The notes beneath the pieces were generated by a model. The model was not told the origin of the DNA. It made no database searches and saw only the letters and a program-made list of their open reading frames with translations. The position numbers were made by a program, and so were the translations under genes. From a virus: DNA of 64,000 bases. This document shows, piece by piece, positions 55,842-64,000 of the stretch. How positions within the stretch are numbered: the stretch's first letter is position 1; each line of letters starts with the position of its first letter. The stretch lies in IMG/VR virus record IMGVR_UViG_3300025168_000056, positions 1-64,000 of that record; one strand, 5' to 3'.

Positions 55842-56503
55842 TTAAAGAGATTAAAGAGGCAATAAAAACGTTAATTCAAGATGAGGAAAGCCCGACGTCG
55901 GCTGATAATTCTGAAAAGAGAATAGTTATTTTAGATCCCTCTGTTTTGGGTGAAGAGCTTGCTGAAGAGCCTGAACCAATGAATACTATCGGGTTATTCT
56001 GTGATGTAACTGAAGAGAAGGTTGCTGAAGTTATCCATGGCTTGCTTTATTTAGATCACCTGTACGCCAATTCAAAGCCAGAAAAAAGAAAGCCAATTGA
56101 TTTTTATGTTTCGACATATGGCGGCTCTGCTGATGATATGTTTTCTTTATACGACATTATGCGAAACGTTAAAGAAAACAACGAGATACATACCATCGGA
56201 ATGGGAAAGGTGATGTCAGCAGGCGTACTAATTCTAGCAGCAGGTACACAGGGGAGTAGAAAGATTGGCAAAAACTGTCGCGTTATGATACACTCTGTCC
56301 TTGGCGCTAATCACGGCTCTCTTCACAATATGATTAATGAGATGGAAGCGATTGAGCAGTTACAAGACATGTATATCAGTTGTCTGGCATCAGAGACTAA
56401 GATGTCAAAATCTCAAATTAAAAAAATGTTAGAACGAAAGGTAAATGTTTATTTAACTGCTGAAGAAGCAGTCGAATTAGGTATTGCTGATATAATTATA
56501 TAA
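55838..56503 (+). CDS. clpP: ClpP-family protease (paralogue 2)
   Basis: YVSTYGGS, GKVMSAG (Ser), MIHS (His), NVYLTAEEAVELGIAD. Confidence 0.85.
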   Translation: MIKEIKEAIKTLIQDEESPTSADNSEKRIVILDPSVLGEELAEEPEPMNTIGLFCDVTEEKVAEVIHGLLYLDHLYANSKPEKRKPIDFYVSTYGGSADDMFSLYDIMRNVKENNEIHTIGMGKVMSAGVLILAAGTQGSRKIGKNCRVMIHSVLGANHGSLHNMINEMEAIEQLQDMYISCLASETKMSKSQIKKMLERKVNVYLTAEEAVELGIADIII

Positions 56504-56513
56504 GGAAACAACC

Positions 56514-58190
56514 ATGTCTGAATTATCTGAAATCCTCAAAGAAGAATATTTAAAGCAAGTTAACAAGCTTGACATAACCATGTTGTTAGAAATGGTCCAA
56601 GGGGCTCTTGGCTCCGTGACTAATGAGGAAGTGCAGCCCCCGCCAGACCTTCCTGATAGTGATGAAGCGGTACTGGATATGGTTTTAAAGATGATTCCTA
56701 ACATTGAGGTTTCGGAGATTGGCTGGTCTGACGTCCGAACAAACGATGAAGGCGTTGAAATCAAGGGCGCCCAAAGACAGTTATTAGAAAATTACCTGAA
56801 GAATATTCAAGGATCTGATTTTGCAGACAAGGTACGCAGCGTATCTGAGTTTTACGATAGCGGACTTTCGATGGTGACCGAAAAAGCTGGCAATAATCGT
56901 ACTGCACGCATCGTGCAAGCGATATCTTATCTCGTCTTCTATAAGACTTTGACGAAAGTTATCACAAACTTTAACGCATCGTCGGCTGGGTTTAGTTTTG
57001 AATCTTTCCTAGCAGCATTGGTAGACGGAGAACAGATACCCACAGGTAACGCAACGATCGCTGACTATCTTGACCGCGCCTCCGGTCAGACAATTCCTGT
57101 TAGTTTGAAATTGTATCGGGAGGGAGGCTTACTTGTTGGTGGAAGTTACACCGACTTGGTTAACGATATGGTTAAGCCAGCATACCCAGAGTCAATTAAC
57201 GGCGGCATGCGCTATGTTGTCTGCACTAAAACGCTGGAAGGTAAAGGGTTAGAACTAGAGGGAAAGATCGACTTCTACCAGTTTGACTTTAACCTGGCAA
57301 ATATCGCCGACATCCTTTTAAATTCTAAGCACCCATATGTGATAAGAATGCCTCAGTCTGTTATAAGCGCGCTGGCTTCTGGTCAACAATCTGGCGCTGT
57401 CGAATTACTTAATTTGCCGGCAGCAGATAAGGTGCTGTCTGCCGAAGAGCTGACTCCGCTGTTTGACAAAGCGTTGTATGGTGAAATTGAGAGTCTTGCC
57501 GATGCAAACCCGGAGAATCCGATTAATCGAATAGATGATGAGGCTTTTAAAAAGCTCACGGACGCCCTTAACTGGGAGAAGAATGATGATTTATTTAACA
57601 AGAATAAAACCAGAGGTCAGGGTGCTATGAGTGCCACCAGTGTCAAAAATTGGGTCAGTGGTAACTACAGCAAAATACCTGAAATACACGGCTTGCTCAA
57701 ACAGGCAATTGTCGGCGCCAATGCCGCAGTCGTGAAATCTCAAAAAGCCGCAGCTAAAAAGAGTGAAAGAAATCAACAGATCGAGGATATGGTCAAAAAT
57801 GAGGAGTTCCTTTCAGCAGAAGAATCCGCCCGCCAATATAAGATGCTGGGCGCTACCCAGAAGAAGCAGGCTCTCTTGAGCAGCTATGGCTATCTAAAGA
57901 GACTGCACTTTGAACTGAACCAAGCACAATCCTTAAAAAATGAGCCACCAACCAATACTGAATTTGTCGGCTCCATTATGATCGGCCGCGCTCAAGTTGG
58001 GAAGATCGTATCAGATGTTCGCGAAGTCCTAAATGACGAGGTGACAGAGATCTTCCAATCTCTCAAAATTCTTTCGGATAGTTTAAATCAATTCTTTGCC
58101 GGTGGACTTGAGAATGATTCCCTAGCCAATACATCAGTTAGTAACGCAAACAACATTAGCTCAAAAGAAATTTTACAAACTGACAAATAA
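56514..58190 (+). CDS. Hypothetical protein with a putative PD-(D/E)xK-like nuclease motif
   Basis: SAGFSFESFLA...IADY...VSLKL. Confidence 0.4.
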   Translation: MSELSEILKEEYLKQVNKLDITMLLEMVQGALGSVTNEEVQPPPDLPDSDEAVLDMVLKMIPNIEVSEIGWSDVRTNDEGVEIKGAQRQLLENYLKNIQGSDFADKVRSVSEFYDSGLSMVTEKAGNNRTARIVQAISYLVFYKTLTKVITNFNASSAGFSFESFLAALVDGEQIPTGNATIADYLDRASGQTIPVSLKLYREGGLLVGGSYTDLVNDMVKPAYPESINGGMRYVVCTKTLEGKGLELEGKIDFYQFDFNLANIADILLNSKHPYVIRMPQSVISALASGQQSGAVELLNLPAADKVLSAEELTPLFDKALYGEIESLADANPENPINRIDDEAFKKLTDALNWEKNDDLFNKNKTRGQGAMSATSVKNWVSGNYSKIPEIHGLLKQAIVGANAAVVKSQKAAAKKSERNQQIEDMVKNEEFLSAEESARQYKMLGATQKKQALLSSYGYLKRLHFELNQAQSLKNEPPTNTEFVGSIMIGRAQVGKIVSDVREVLNDEVTEIFQSLKILSDSLNQFFAGGLENDSLANTSVSNANNISSKEILQTDK

Positions 58191-58193
58191 GCC

Positions 58194-58222
58194 TTGACAA
58201 GTTTCTGGTTCAGGGTTATAAT
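58194..58222 (+). promoter_or_regulatory. Consensus sigma70 promoter
   Basis: TTGACA-17-TATAAT. Confidence 0.8.
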
Positions 58223-58245
58223 AATAATCTAACACAGAGGTATCA

Positions 58246-59826
58246 ATGTCCAGAGATTATTCTGACAATCAAGAATTACAACAGAAAATTATTAAAGGAG
58301 CCAACGTATTAGCAGATAACGTTGCTTCTACACTTGGACCGAGAGGTCGAAATGTTTTGCTACAAGAAAAGGGAAAGACACCCTTTATTACAAAAGATGG
58401 AGTGACCGTTGCACAATTTGTCGAGCTTGCGGATCCGTTTGAGAATGCCGGCGCTCAGATTATACGCCAAGCAGCTACTGAGACTAACAACGAGGCTGGC
58501 GATGGAACTACTACTTCTACCGTATTGGCTCGCGCTATTCTTAGAGAGTCGCAAAGGTTCATTACGTCGGGAGTATCTCCCACGGAACTGCAACGCGGAA
58601 TTGATTTGGCAACCAAAGAGGTGGTCAGAAATCTAGAACAAATCGCCACCCCGATTACCAGTATTACCGACATTGAACAGATTGGTACAATATCCGCCAA
58701 CAATGATTCAACAATCGGAAAACTAATAGCTACGGCGTTAGATAAGGTTGGTCAAGATGGCTCGATTACTATTGAAGAGTCTCGCTCAACAGAGACAAGT
58801 CTCGATATTACTGAGGGGTTTCGATTTGACTCAGGCTTCTGCGCGGGTGCGTTTATTACAGATGAGCGCCGTTCAACAATGTACCACGAAAGCCCGCTCA
58901 TCCTTGTCACCGACTACAAGATTTCAGCAGTCGAAGAAGTGCTACCGATACTAGAGATGGTAGCACGTGAAAGCAAACCTCTTATTATTGTAGCAGAGGA
59001 AGTAGAGGGGCAGGCGCTAGCTGCATTAATTATGAATGCAATGAGGGGCACGCTCAAAATAGCGGCGATCAAAGCTCCTTACTATGGTGAGGAACGCAGG
59101 AACACTCTGGAAGACTTAGCTTTGTCAACCGGCGCAACGTTTATTAATAGAGAGAGTGGCGTTAAACTATCTGATGTAAGACTATCACACCTGGGTTCTG
59201 CAAAAAGTATCGAGAGCAATAGATATAAGACCACGATTGTAGGTGGCGCTAGCGATTATGAGGCAGTAGAAACTAAGATCGAGTCCCTAAAGAGTGAAAT
59301 TAAGCAAACAGACTCGATGTCTGTGTGTGAGACTATACAGGGGCGAGTGGTAAGATTGTCTTCAGGCGTGGCTGTCATTCATGTTGGGGGTTCCACCGAA
59401 GTCGAGATGACCGAACGCAAACATAGAATCGAGGATGCGCTTGAGGCGGTAAGATCTGCTCAAGAAGGCGGAATTGTTCCAGGTGGTGGCGTCGCTCTTC
59501 TTAGAGCTTCACGCTCCTTGGCAGTTACTACTTTAAGCAGCGAACAAGCTCTAGGAATTACAATTATCAGAGCGGCTTGTGAAGAGCCGATTAGACAAAT
59601 GGCCAAAAACTCCGGAGAATCTCCAGACTTGGTAGTCCAAAATGTCTTATCTGATGAGGACAATAATTGTGGCTGGAATTTTTTAACCAACCAATCAGCC
59701 AATATGGTAGAAGCCGGCGTAATTGACCCCGTCAAGGTAACTAAGACTGCATTGCAGAATGCTGCTAGTTGTGCTGGCACACTGATAACAACTAATTATG
59801 GCATTATACAAACAAATGGAGAATAA
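58246..59826 (+). CDS. groEL: Chaperonin GroEL
   Basis: TLGPRGRNV, ITKDGVTVA, AGDGTTT, GIVPGGG and IDP.KV...AL.NAAS motifs. Confidence 0.95.
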   Translation: MSRDYSDNQELQQKIIKGANVLADNVASTLGPRGRNVLLQEKGKTPFITKDGVTVAQFVELADPFENAGAQIIRQAATETNNEAGDGTTTSTVLARAILRESQRFITSGVSPTELQRGIDLATKEVVRNLEQIATPITSITDIEQIGTISANNDSTIGKLIATALDKVGQDGSITIEESRSTETSLDITEGFRFDSGFCAGAFITDERRSTMYHESPLILVTDYKISAVEEVLPILEMVARESKPLIIVAEEVEGQALAALIMNAMRGTLKIAAIKAPYYGEERRNTLEDLALSTGATFINRESGVKLSDVRLSHLGSAKSIESNRYKTTIVGGASDYEAVETKIESLKSEIKQTDSMSVCETIQGRVVRLSSGVAVIHVGGSTEVEMTERKHRIEDALEAVRSAQEGGIVPGGGVALLRASRSLAVTTLSSEQALGITIIRAACEEPIRQMAKNSGESPDLVVQNVLSDEDNNCGWNFLTNQSANMVEAGVIDPVKVTKTALQNAASCAGTLITTNYGIIQTNGE

Positions 59827-59827
59827 G

Positions 59828-60037
59828 ATGGAGCAAGGAGACTTAGTACACATTCCACAAGACGTCAGCTTATGGAATCACACAGACAACGGCAGCATGA
59901 ACGTCACAAAGACAGAGAAACCCATCACAGGAATATTTCTGCGAGAGGAAGCATCTAATACTCTTCGTGTATATGCCCAAGGAAGAGAAACCACGGTTGA
60001 GAAAAGGCACGTATACCCAATGGAGGACGGATGCTAG
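59828..60037 (+). CDS. Hypothetical protein
   Basis: RBS GGAG; small beta-rich ORF. Confidence 0.5.
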   Translation: MEQGDLVHIPQDVSLWNHTDNGSMNVTKTEKPITGIFLREEASNTLRVYAQGRETTVEKRHVYPMEDGC

Positions 60038-60321
60038 TCAAGTTAACAGAAGTACATCACAACAGTACCCTGACAACGAAGAGCGAATATAGCTTGAGAG
60101 AGGTGTTTGTAAATCCCGAACACGTTGTAATGATACGGGAAGAGGCGAGAATGCAAACCCTTAACGAACAGGGCGCCCTCCCAGCAAACCTATCAATTGC
60201 ACACAAATTTACGAAGCTAACGATCAATCGAGGGCATACCGGCACAGAAATTATTGTTGTCGGTGCTCCTGATATAGTTGAGAAATCATTAAACCAAACC
60301 AAACAATTAATAAGAGGATAA
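60031..60321 (+). CDS. Hypothetical protein
   Basis: RBS GGAGG; coupled ORF. Confidence 0.55.
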   Translation: MLVKLTEVHHNSTLTTKSEYSLREVFVNPEHVVMIREEARMQTLNEQGALPANLSIAHKFTKLTINRGHTGTEIIVVGAPDIVEKSLNQTKQLIRG

Positions 60322-60322
60322 A

Positions 60323-60730
60323 ATGTCACAAAGAGTTAATATACAATATTCAGTCAAAATAGATGATCTAGAGGAAGAAGTGCAGCGCCTAGCTGGTAAG
60401 GCGTTTTCGATCCTTGGGGATTGTGTTAACAACAGCACCCACATGGGCGAAACTAAGTTATCGGTCGATTCACACCGGGACATAGATCAACTAAGACTTG
60501 ATCTATCAGATGTTGATGCGATCTTAGCGGATATCAATATGATCATCAGCTCTTTTTTGTCGTACAAATCACAGGAAATGATGCAAAGCGTCCCAAGACC
60601 GCCGAACCCATTAGAGGGTGCTGAAGGAGCACCGACAGACTTATCTGAATTACAAGAGAAGATTTCTAATTTTAAGGCTTCTCTCGCAAATGGCGAATAT
60701 GGTGGTGAAAATGACGCCGATATTAGATAA
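60323..60730 (+). CDS. Hypothetical protein
   Basis: RBS GAGG; coupled ORF. Confidence 0.55.
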   Translation: MSQRVNIQYSVKIDDLEEEVQRLAGKAFSILGDCVNNSTHMGETKLSVDSHRDIDQLRLDLSDVDAILADINMIISSFLSYKSQEMMQSVPRPPNPLEGAEGAPTDLSELQEKISNFKASLANGEYGGENDADIR

Positions 60731-61472
60731 AACAAAGAAGAATAACTGCGCTGCAGCCATAAAGAGTTTAATACCCCCGGGCTCCATAGTTAATTCTTAC
60801 GCGTTCTATGATGGCAAGATAGAGTTTTCATTAGCTAACGATCAACGCTTTGTAAATGCAAGCACCACAAGTTTGCCGGTATATACTTTTTGGGCATGCC
60901 TAATGCATGATCCTAGTAAACTGCATTCGATGGTATCTTCTGATTCGCTAAGATTTGAAGGAGAAGCCATACTATCAATATTGCAAGATATGTGGCACAC
61001 ACACAAGAGCCCGTTCATTACGGCTAGTCTTTTTTTCATAATGAACAGGTGCTCTTCAACGGGACTTATATCTTCTGGAGAATTAGACACAGATATGCTG
61101 ACGCCTACCGCAATTGCCAAATTGAAAACCTTTTCGACACCAGATAATTTTCACCTGAACCTATCTCCAGCCAAGTTAGCTAAACAAATTGAAAAATCTG
61201 ACTCGCGGAGCTATAATTTAGTCTTGGGCGGTAGGTTTAATTATAATTTGTTTGAGCAGGGCAAGAGCATCGCAATAGAACAAACTTCAATCGACCATAG
61301 AGAGTTAGCTGAGTTATGCAAGAACACAGACACCAAAATTTTAATCACATATGATTTTGATCACAAGATACCAAGAACATTTAAAAACAACAGGATTGTT
61401 ATGATTGACAAGTACGGCATCCAGACCGAACGCGAAGACAGAGCAGAGGAGATCATCGTTGCCAACTTCTAA
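60711..61472 (+). CDS. Degenerate Dam-like methyltransferase-fold protein
   Basis: Layout parallels Dam (I..LIP, F..G..EF, A..FF..NR, H.EL, LI.Y, E.I..NF) but there is no DPPY. Confidence 0.45.
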   Translation: MTPILDKTKKNNCAAAIKSLIPPGSIVNSYAFYDGKIEFSLANDQRFVNASTTSLPVYTFWACLMHDPSKLHSMVSSDSLRFEGEAILSILQDMWHTHKSPFITASLFFIMNRCSSTGLISSGELDTDMLTPTAIAKLKTFSTPDNFHLNLSPAKLAKQIEKSDSRSYNLVLGGRFNYNLFEQGKSIAIEQTSIDHRELAELCKNTDTKILITYDFDHKIPRTFKNNRIVMIDKYGIQTEREDRAEEIIVANF

Positions 61473-61809
61473 TTTATTATTCGCATGTGCTTTATTCGCT
61501 ATCGGACAGACACTTGGCTGGTTTCAGTTAAACTCACAATTCGTCTGGGACTGGTGGAAGGATAAGCCGCTATTTTCTGCGATCATCTTCTCAGTGCCCA
61601 CGGGTATTTGTTTTTGGTATGGGGTCAAGATAGCATATGCCGAGATGGGGCAGGTTTGGGGACCAAGGTTCTTAATCTTTAGTATGTCTTACTTCACCTT
61701 TCCTATCTTGACATGGTGGCTCCTTAATGAGAGCATGTTTACCACAAAGACAATCTTGTGTGTGATTCTTTCGTTCCTAATTGTAGGAATTCAGTTGTTC
61801 TGGAAGTAA
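61459..61809 (+). CDS. Small four-TM membrane protein (SMR/DMT-like)
   Basis: TTG start with RBS AGGAG; four hydrophobic segments. Confidence 0.55.
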   Translation: MPTSNLLFACALFAIGQTLGWFQLNSQFVWDWWKDKPLFSAIIFSVPTGICFWYGVKIAYAEMGQVWGPRFLIFSMSYFTFPILTWWLLNESMFTTKTILCVILSFLIVGIQLFWK

Positions 61810-61813
61810 ACCA

Positions 61814-62581
61814 ATGAATACAATATATTTGTTTGATGTAGATGGGACACTCACCCCCGCAAAAAATAACATAGACACTAAGTTCGCCGCTCAATTTTTG
61901 AAGTGGTCAAAGAGCCGACAAGTGTACATTGTGTCGGGTGGCTCGTTCATAAGAATACTGAACCAAATCAAGCGACCTATCTTTGATCGGGTGCAAGGTG
62001 TGTTCGCGTGCATGGGCAACGCATATTACACCAACCGATTCAACAAAGAAGATGGTTATAGTACGTGGACCGAGATGTACAAGAATAAGTTTGATATCAA
62101 AAAGCAGAAAGACTTTTATGCGGAACTCGACTGGATCGTCAAGGACTCCCCGTTTCATATTAAGACCGGCCGCCACTACGAAGAGCGTGTGGGTATGGTA
62201 AACTTTTCGATTGTAGGCAGGAACGCTACGATGGAACAGCGCAAAGTTTACGAAGAGTATGATGCAAAGTTTAAAGAGCGAGAGAAGATAGTTAAGAAGC
62301 TCTCGAAAAAGTATAAAGGCATTGACTTTGTGATAGGTGGTGCTGTGAGTATAGACATCTTTAACAAAGGTAACGACAAATCGCAGGTAATTCACAGAGT
62401 CTTAAAAGGTAAACTTGAAGACCACCGCATTGTGTTTGTGGGAGACAGGGTACCCTTCCCCGGCAACGATCACTCGTTAGCTTCAGTTTTGCAAGAGCAC
62501 AAGAATGGTCATGCTATAGAAGTCGAAAGCTGGCGAGACACAGCCAAGCTACTGTCCACTGACCTTTTTGCCAGCGGTTAG
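61814..62581 (+). CDS. HAD-IIB phosphomannomutase-like enzyme
   Basis: LFDVDGTLT, VSGG, R.GM.NFS..GRN, GG..SIDIF..G.DK and FVGD....GND motifs. Confidence 0.8.
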   Translation: MNTIYLFDVDGTLTPAKNNIDTKFAAQFLKWSKSRQVYIVSGGSFIRILNQIKRPIFDRVQGVFACMGNAYYTNRFNKEDGYSTWTEMYKNKFDIKKQKDFYAELDWIVKDSPFHIKTGRHYEERVGMVNFSIVGRNATMEQRKVYEEYDAKFKEREKIVKKLSKKYKGIDFVIGGAVSIDIFNKGNDKSQVIHRVLKGKLEDHRIVFVGDRVPFPGNDHSLASVLQEHKNGHAIEVESWRDTAKLLSTDLFASG

Positions 62582-62618
62582 TTGAAAACCTGACTATTTA
62601 TTGTGTTGAGGTAAAAAT

Positions 62619-64000
62619 ATGCAAAAATCTACAGACATGTGGTTCCGTTATTTAAAAGAGGACCGCACAATCACCGAAGGCTTACGAGATATTGGTCTTC
62701 CCGAATATGTAATCGACTTCATTGAAAGCGCAATGCCCGAGGCGCCTGAAAAATCCAAGATGCTTATGGGTAATCTGTGGAAGAACGACCGCGAGTATGG
62801 TAGAAATCTTACCGAACTACAGTTTAATATCGTCAACACCTTGATTAATGATTACAATGACTATGTTATTGGTGACGGTCCAAAGGATGACGAAGGCAGA
62901 CCCGGCGAGGTTGACGTGCGTACTGTTGAACCGTACGATCCGAGTGCTATAAGAACCAAGCCCCGTCAAGCATATGACGACGAAAGAATAGAACAAGGCA
63001 AGCGTGTTAAGTTTGTTATCCAGAACCTCAAGAACGGCGTAGCTAAACCTTTCGGTACCTGGCGCAAGATGATAATGAAGTCGGTCAAAGCTTTAAGTAA
63101 AGCAGGCGTTCCGTCTGAAAAGGTCGAGACAACAAAAGAAGATTTAAATAACATGCTTCAATCTAGATATCGCAATTGGTGGAACCAATATGATATCATT
63201 GCCGCGTTCTTAAATGATGACCCAACCAACTATGAGTTGGCTAAAGATGCGATTGATACTAGATCTAATACACACGATATCAACGAATTATTTACTATAG
63301 CAAAAGAATTTCTTGAGAACAAAGAAGACCCAGAGAACGTAATACATGAGTTTGATGATGGCTCGTACTGGTACAACCTAGCGACATCTAACTGCTCAGT
63401 CGAGGGCGAGCGCATGGGACACTGTGGTTCTGACTCGCGAGGCACACTGGTGTCTCTCCGCAAGAAGAAGGGCAAGCGCCGTGAGTCCTCGTCTTATGTC
63501 ACAATGACATGGGGTGACGGCGACGCCGGCGAAACTCTTTACCAAATCAAAGGCAGAGGAAACGATGCACCCCCCGAAGAAGTCTGGGATCATATTGTGT
63601 GGTTTATCGACAATATGAATATTCAAGCCGTAGAAGAAACAGGCGAGCACTCTAGCGACTACGATGGCTTTGAGATGATGAATGAATACCTCGCAAGCAA
63701 GACCACCGCCAGCTTTAGCGGCAACATCGAAGAGATTATGGAGGCTGTCCAAGAAGCCGTCGATGGCATTGACTCTAGATTCTACGACAACCGCAACGAA
63801 AATGAAGACACCAGTATTGACTGTACGGTTGAAACCGGTGAAGACATGGGCGGTGATCCCCGAAGTATTTATTTGTATATGAGGTGTGATGCAAGCTTCC
63901 AAATCAATCTTGGATGGCCGGGCTTTGAGACAAGAGACGGCATGTATAGACCAACGACCGGACCCGACTCAACAGAACCTCTAGAGCTTGAGGATATACC
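62619..64000 (+). CDS. Large protein with a PcfJ-like domain, 3' truncated (absent from ORF track)
   Basis: RBS GAGG; starts MQKSTDMWFRYLKED and is open to the window end; contains EGERMGHCG...VSLR...YQIKGRGN; late motif at 62593. Confidence 0.65.
   Translation, partial: MQKSTDMWFRYLKEDRTITEGLRDIGLPEYVIDFIESAMPEAPEKSKMLMGNLWKNDREYGRNLTELQFNIVNTLINDYNDYVIGDGPKDDEGRPGEVDVRTVEPYDPSAIRTKPRQAYDDERIEQGKRVKFVIQNLKNGVAKPFGTWRKMIMKSVKALSKAGVPSEKVETTKEDLNNMLQSRYRNWWNQYDIIAAFLNDDPTNYELAKDAIDTRSNTHDINELFTIAKEFLENKEDPENVIHEFDDGSYWYNLATSNCSVEGERMGHCGSDSRGTLVSLRKKKGKRRESSSYVTMTWGDGDAGETLYQIKGRGNDAPPEEVWDHIVWFIDNMNIQAVEETGEHSSDYDGFEMMNEYLASKTTASFSGNIEEIMEAVQEAVDGIDSRFYDNRNENEDTSIDCTVETGEDMGGDPRSIYLYMRCDASFQINLGWPGFETRDGMYRPTTGPDSTEPLELEDI

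Noticed and set aside
1429-63902. Minus-strand and nested alternative-frame ORFs in the track
   Set aside because: They overlap well-supported + strand genes and show no recognisable motifs; they look like codon-bias shadows.
1-64000. Bacterial chromosome or prophage, tRNA/rRNA genes, or stop-codon recoding
   Set aside because: Bacterial-type genes are divergent, interleaved with phage genes and all on one strand. No integrase, tRNA or rRNA was noticed by eye. TAA, TAG and TGA all end genes at sensible boundaries.

Overview
A 64 kb segment of a large lytic myovirus (T4-like morphogenesis genes, probably aquatic). All credible genes are on the + strand. Positions ~1-28.5 kb are the virion module: five fibre/decoration-like paralogues, scaffold, gp23-like major capsid, neck, tail terminator, an enlarged sheath, tube, tail-assembly chaperone with a candidate frameshift, tape measure and baseplate. 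Positions ~28.5-64 kb cover replication, repair and metabolism: minimal PolA, divergent tubulin/FtsZ-like protein, gp32-like SSB, ParB-like protein, adenine MTases, RecA, UvsE, 5'-3' exonuclease, DnaB-like helicase, class II RNR, DnaE, dUTPase, thioredoxin, IMPDH/GMPR, PMM-like HAD, amidase, GroEL/GroES, two ClpP and a J-domain protein. Two promoter classes are visible: near-consensus sigma70 promoters in the replication half, and an ACTA(T/A)TTA motif in front of virion genes and a few genes inserted among the early genes. The strongest unexplained signals are (i) small envelope-protein genes each bracketed by a conserved ~38 bp hairpin repeat (31.47-32.89 kb), (ii) putative PD-(D/E)xK nucleases that look late-expressed and head-packaged, (iii) a kissing-loop RNA leader at 9.26-9.37 kb, (iv) a dispersed 33-43 bp motif, and (v) a minimal PolA next to a tubulin-like gene lacking the GTPase signature. 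All family calls come from reading motifs by eye; no database search was run.
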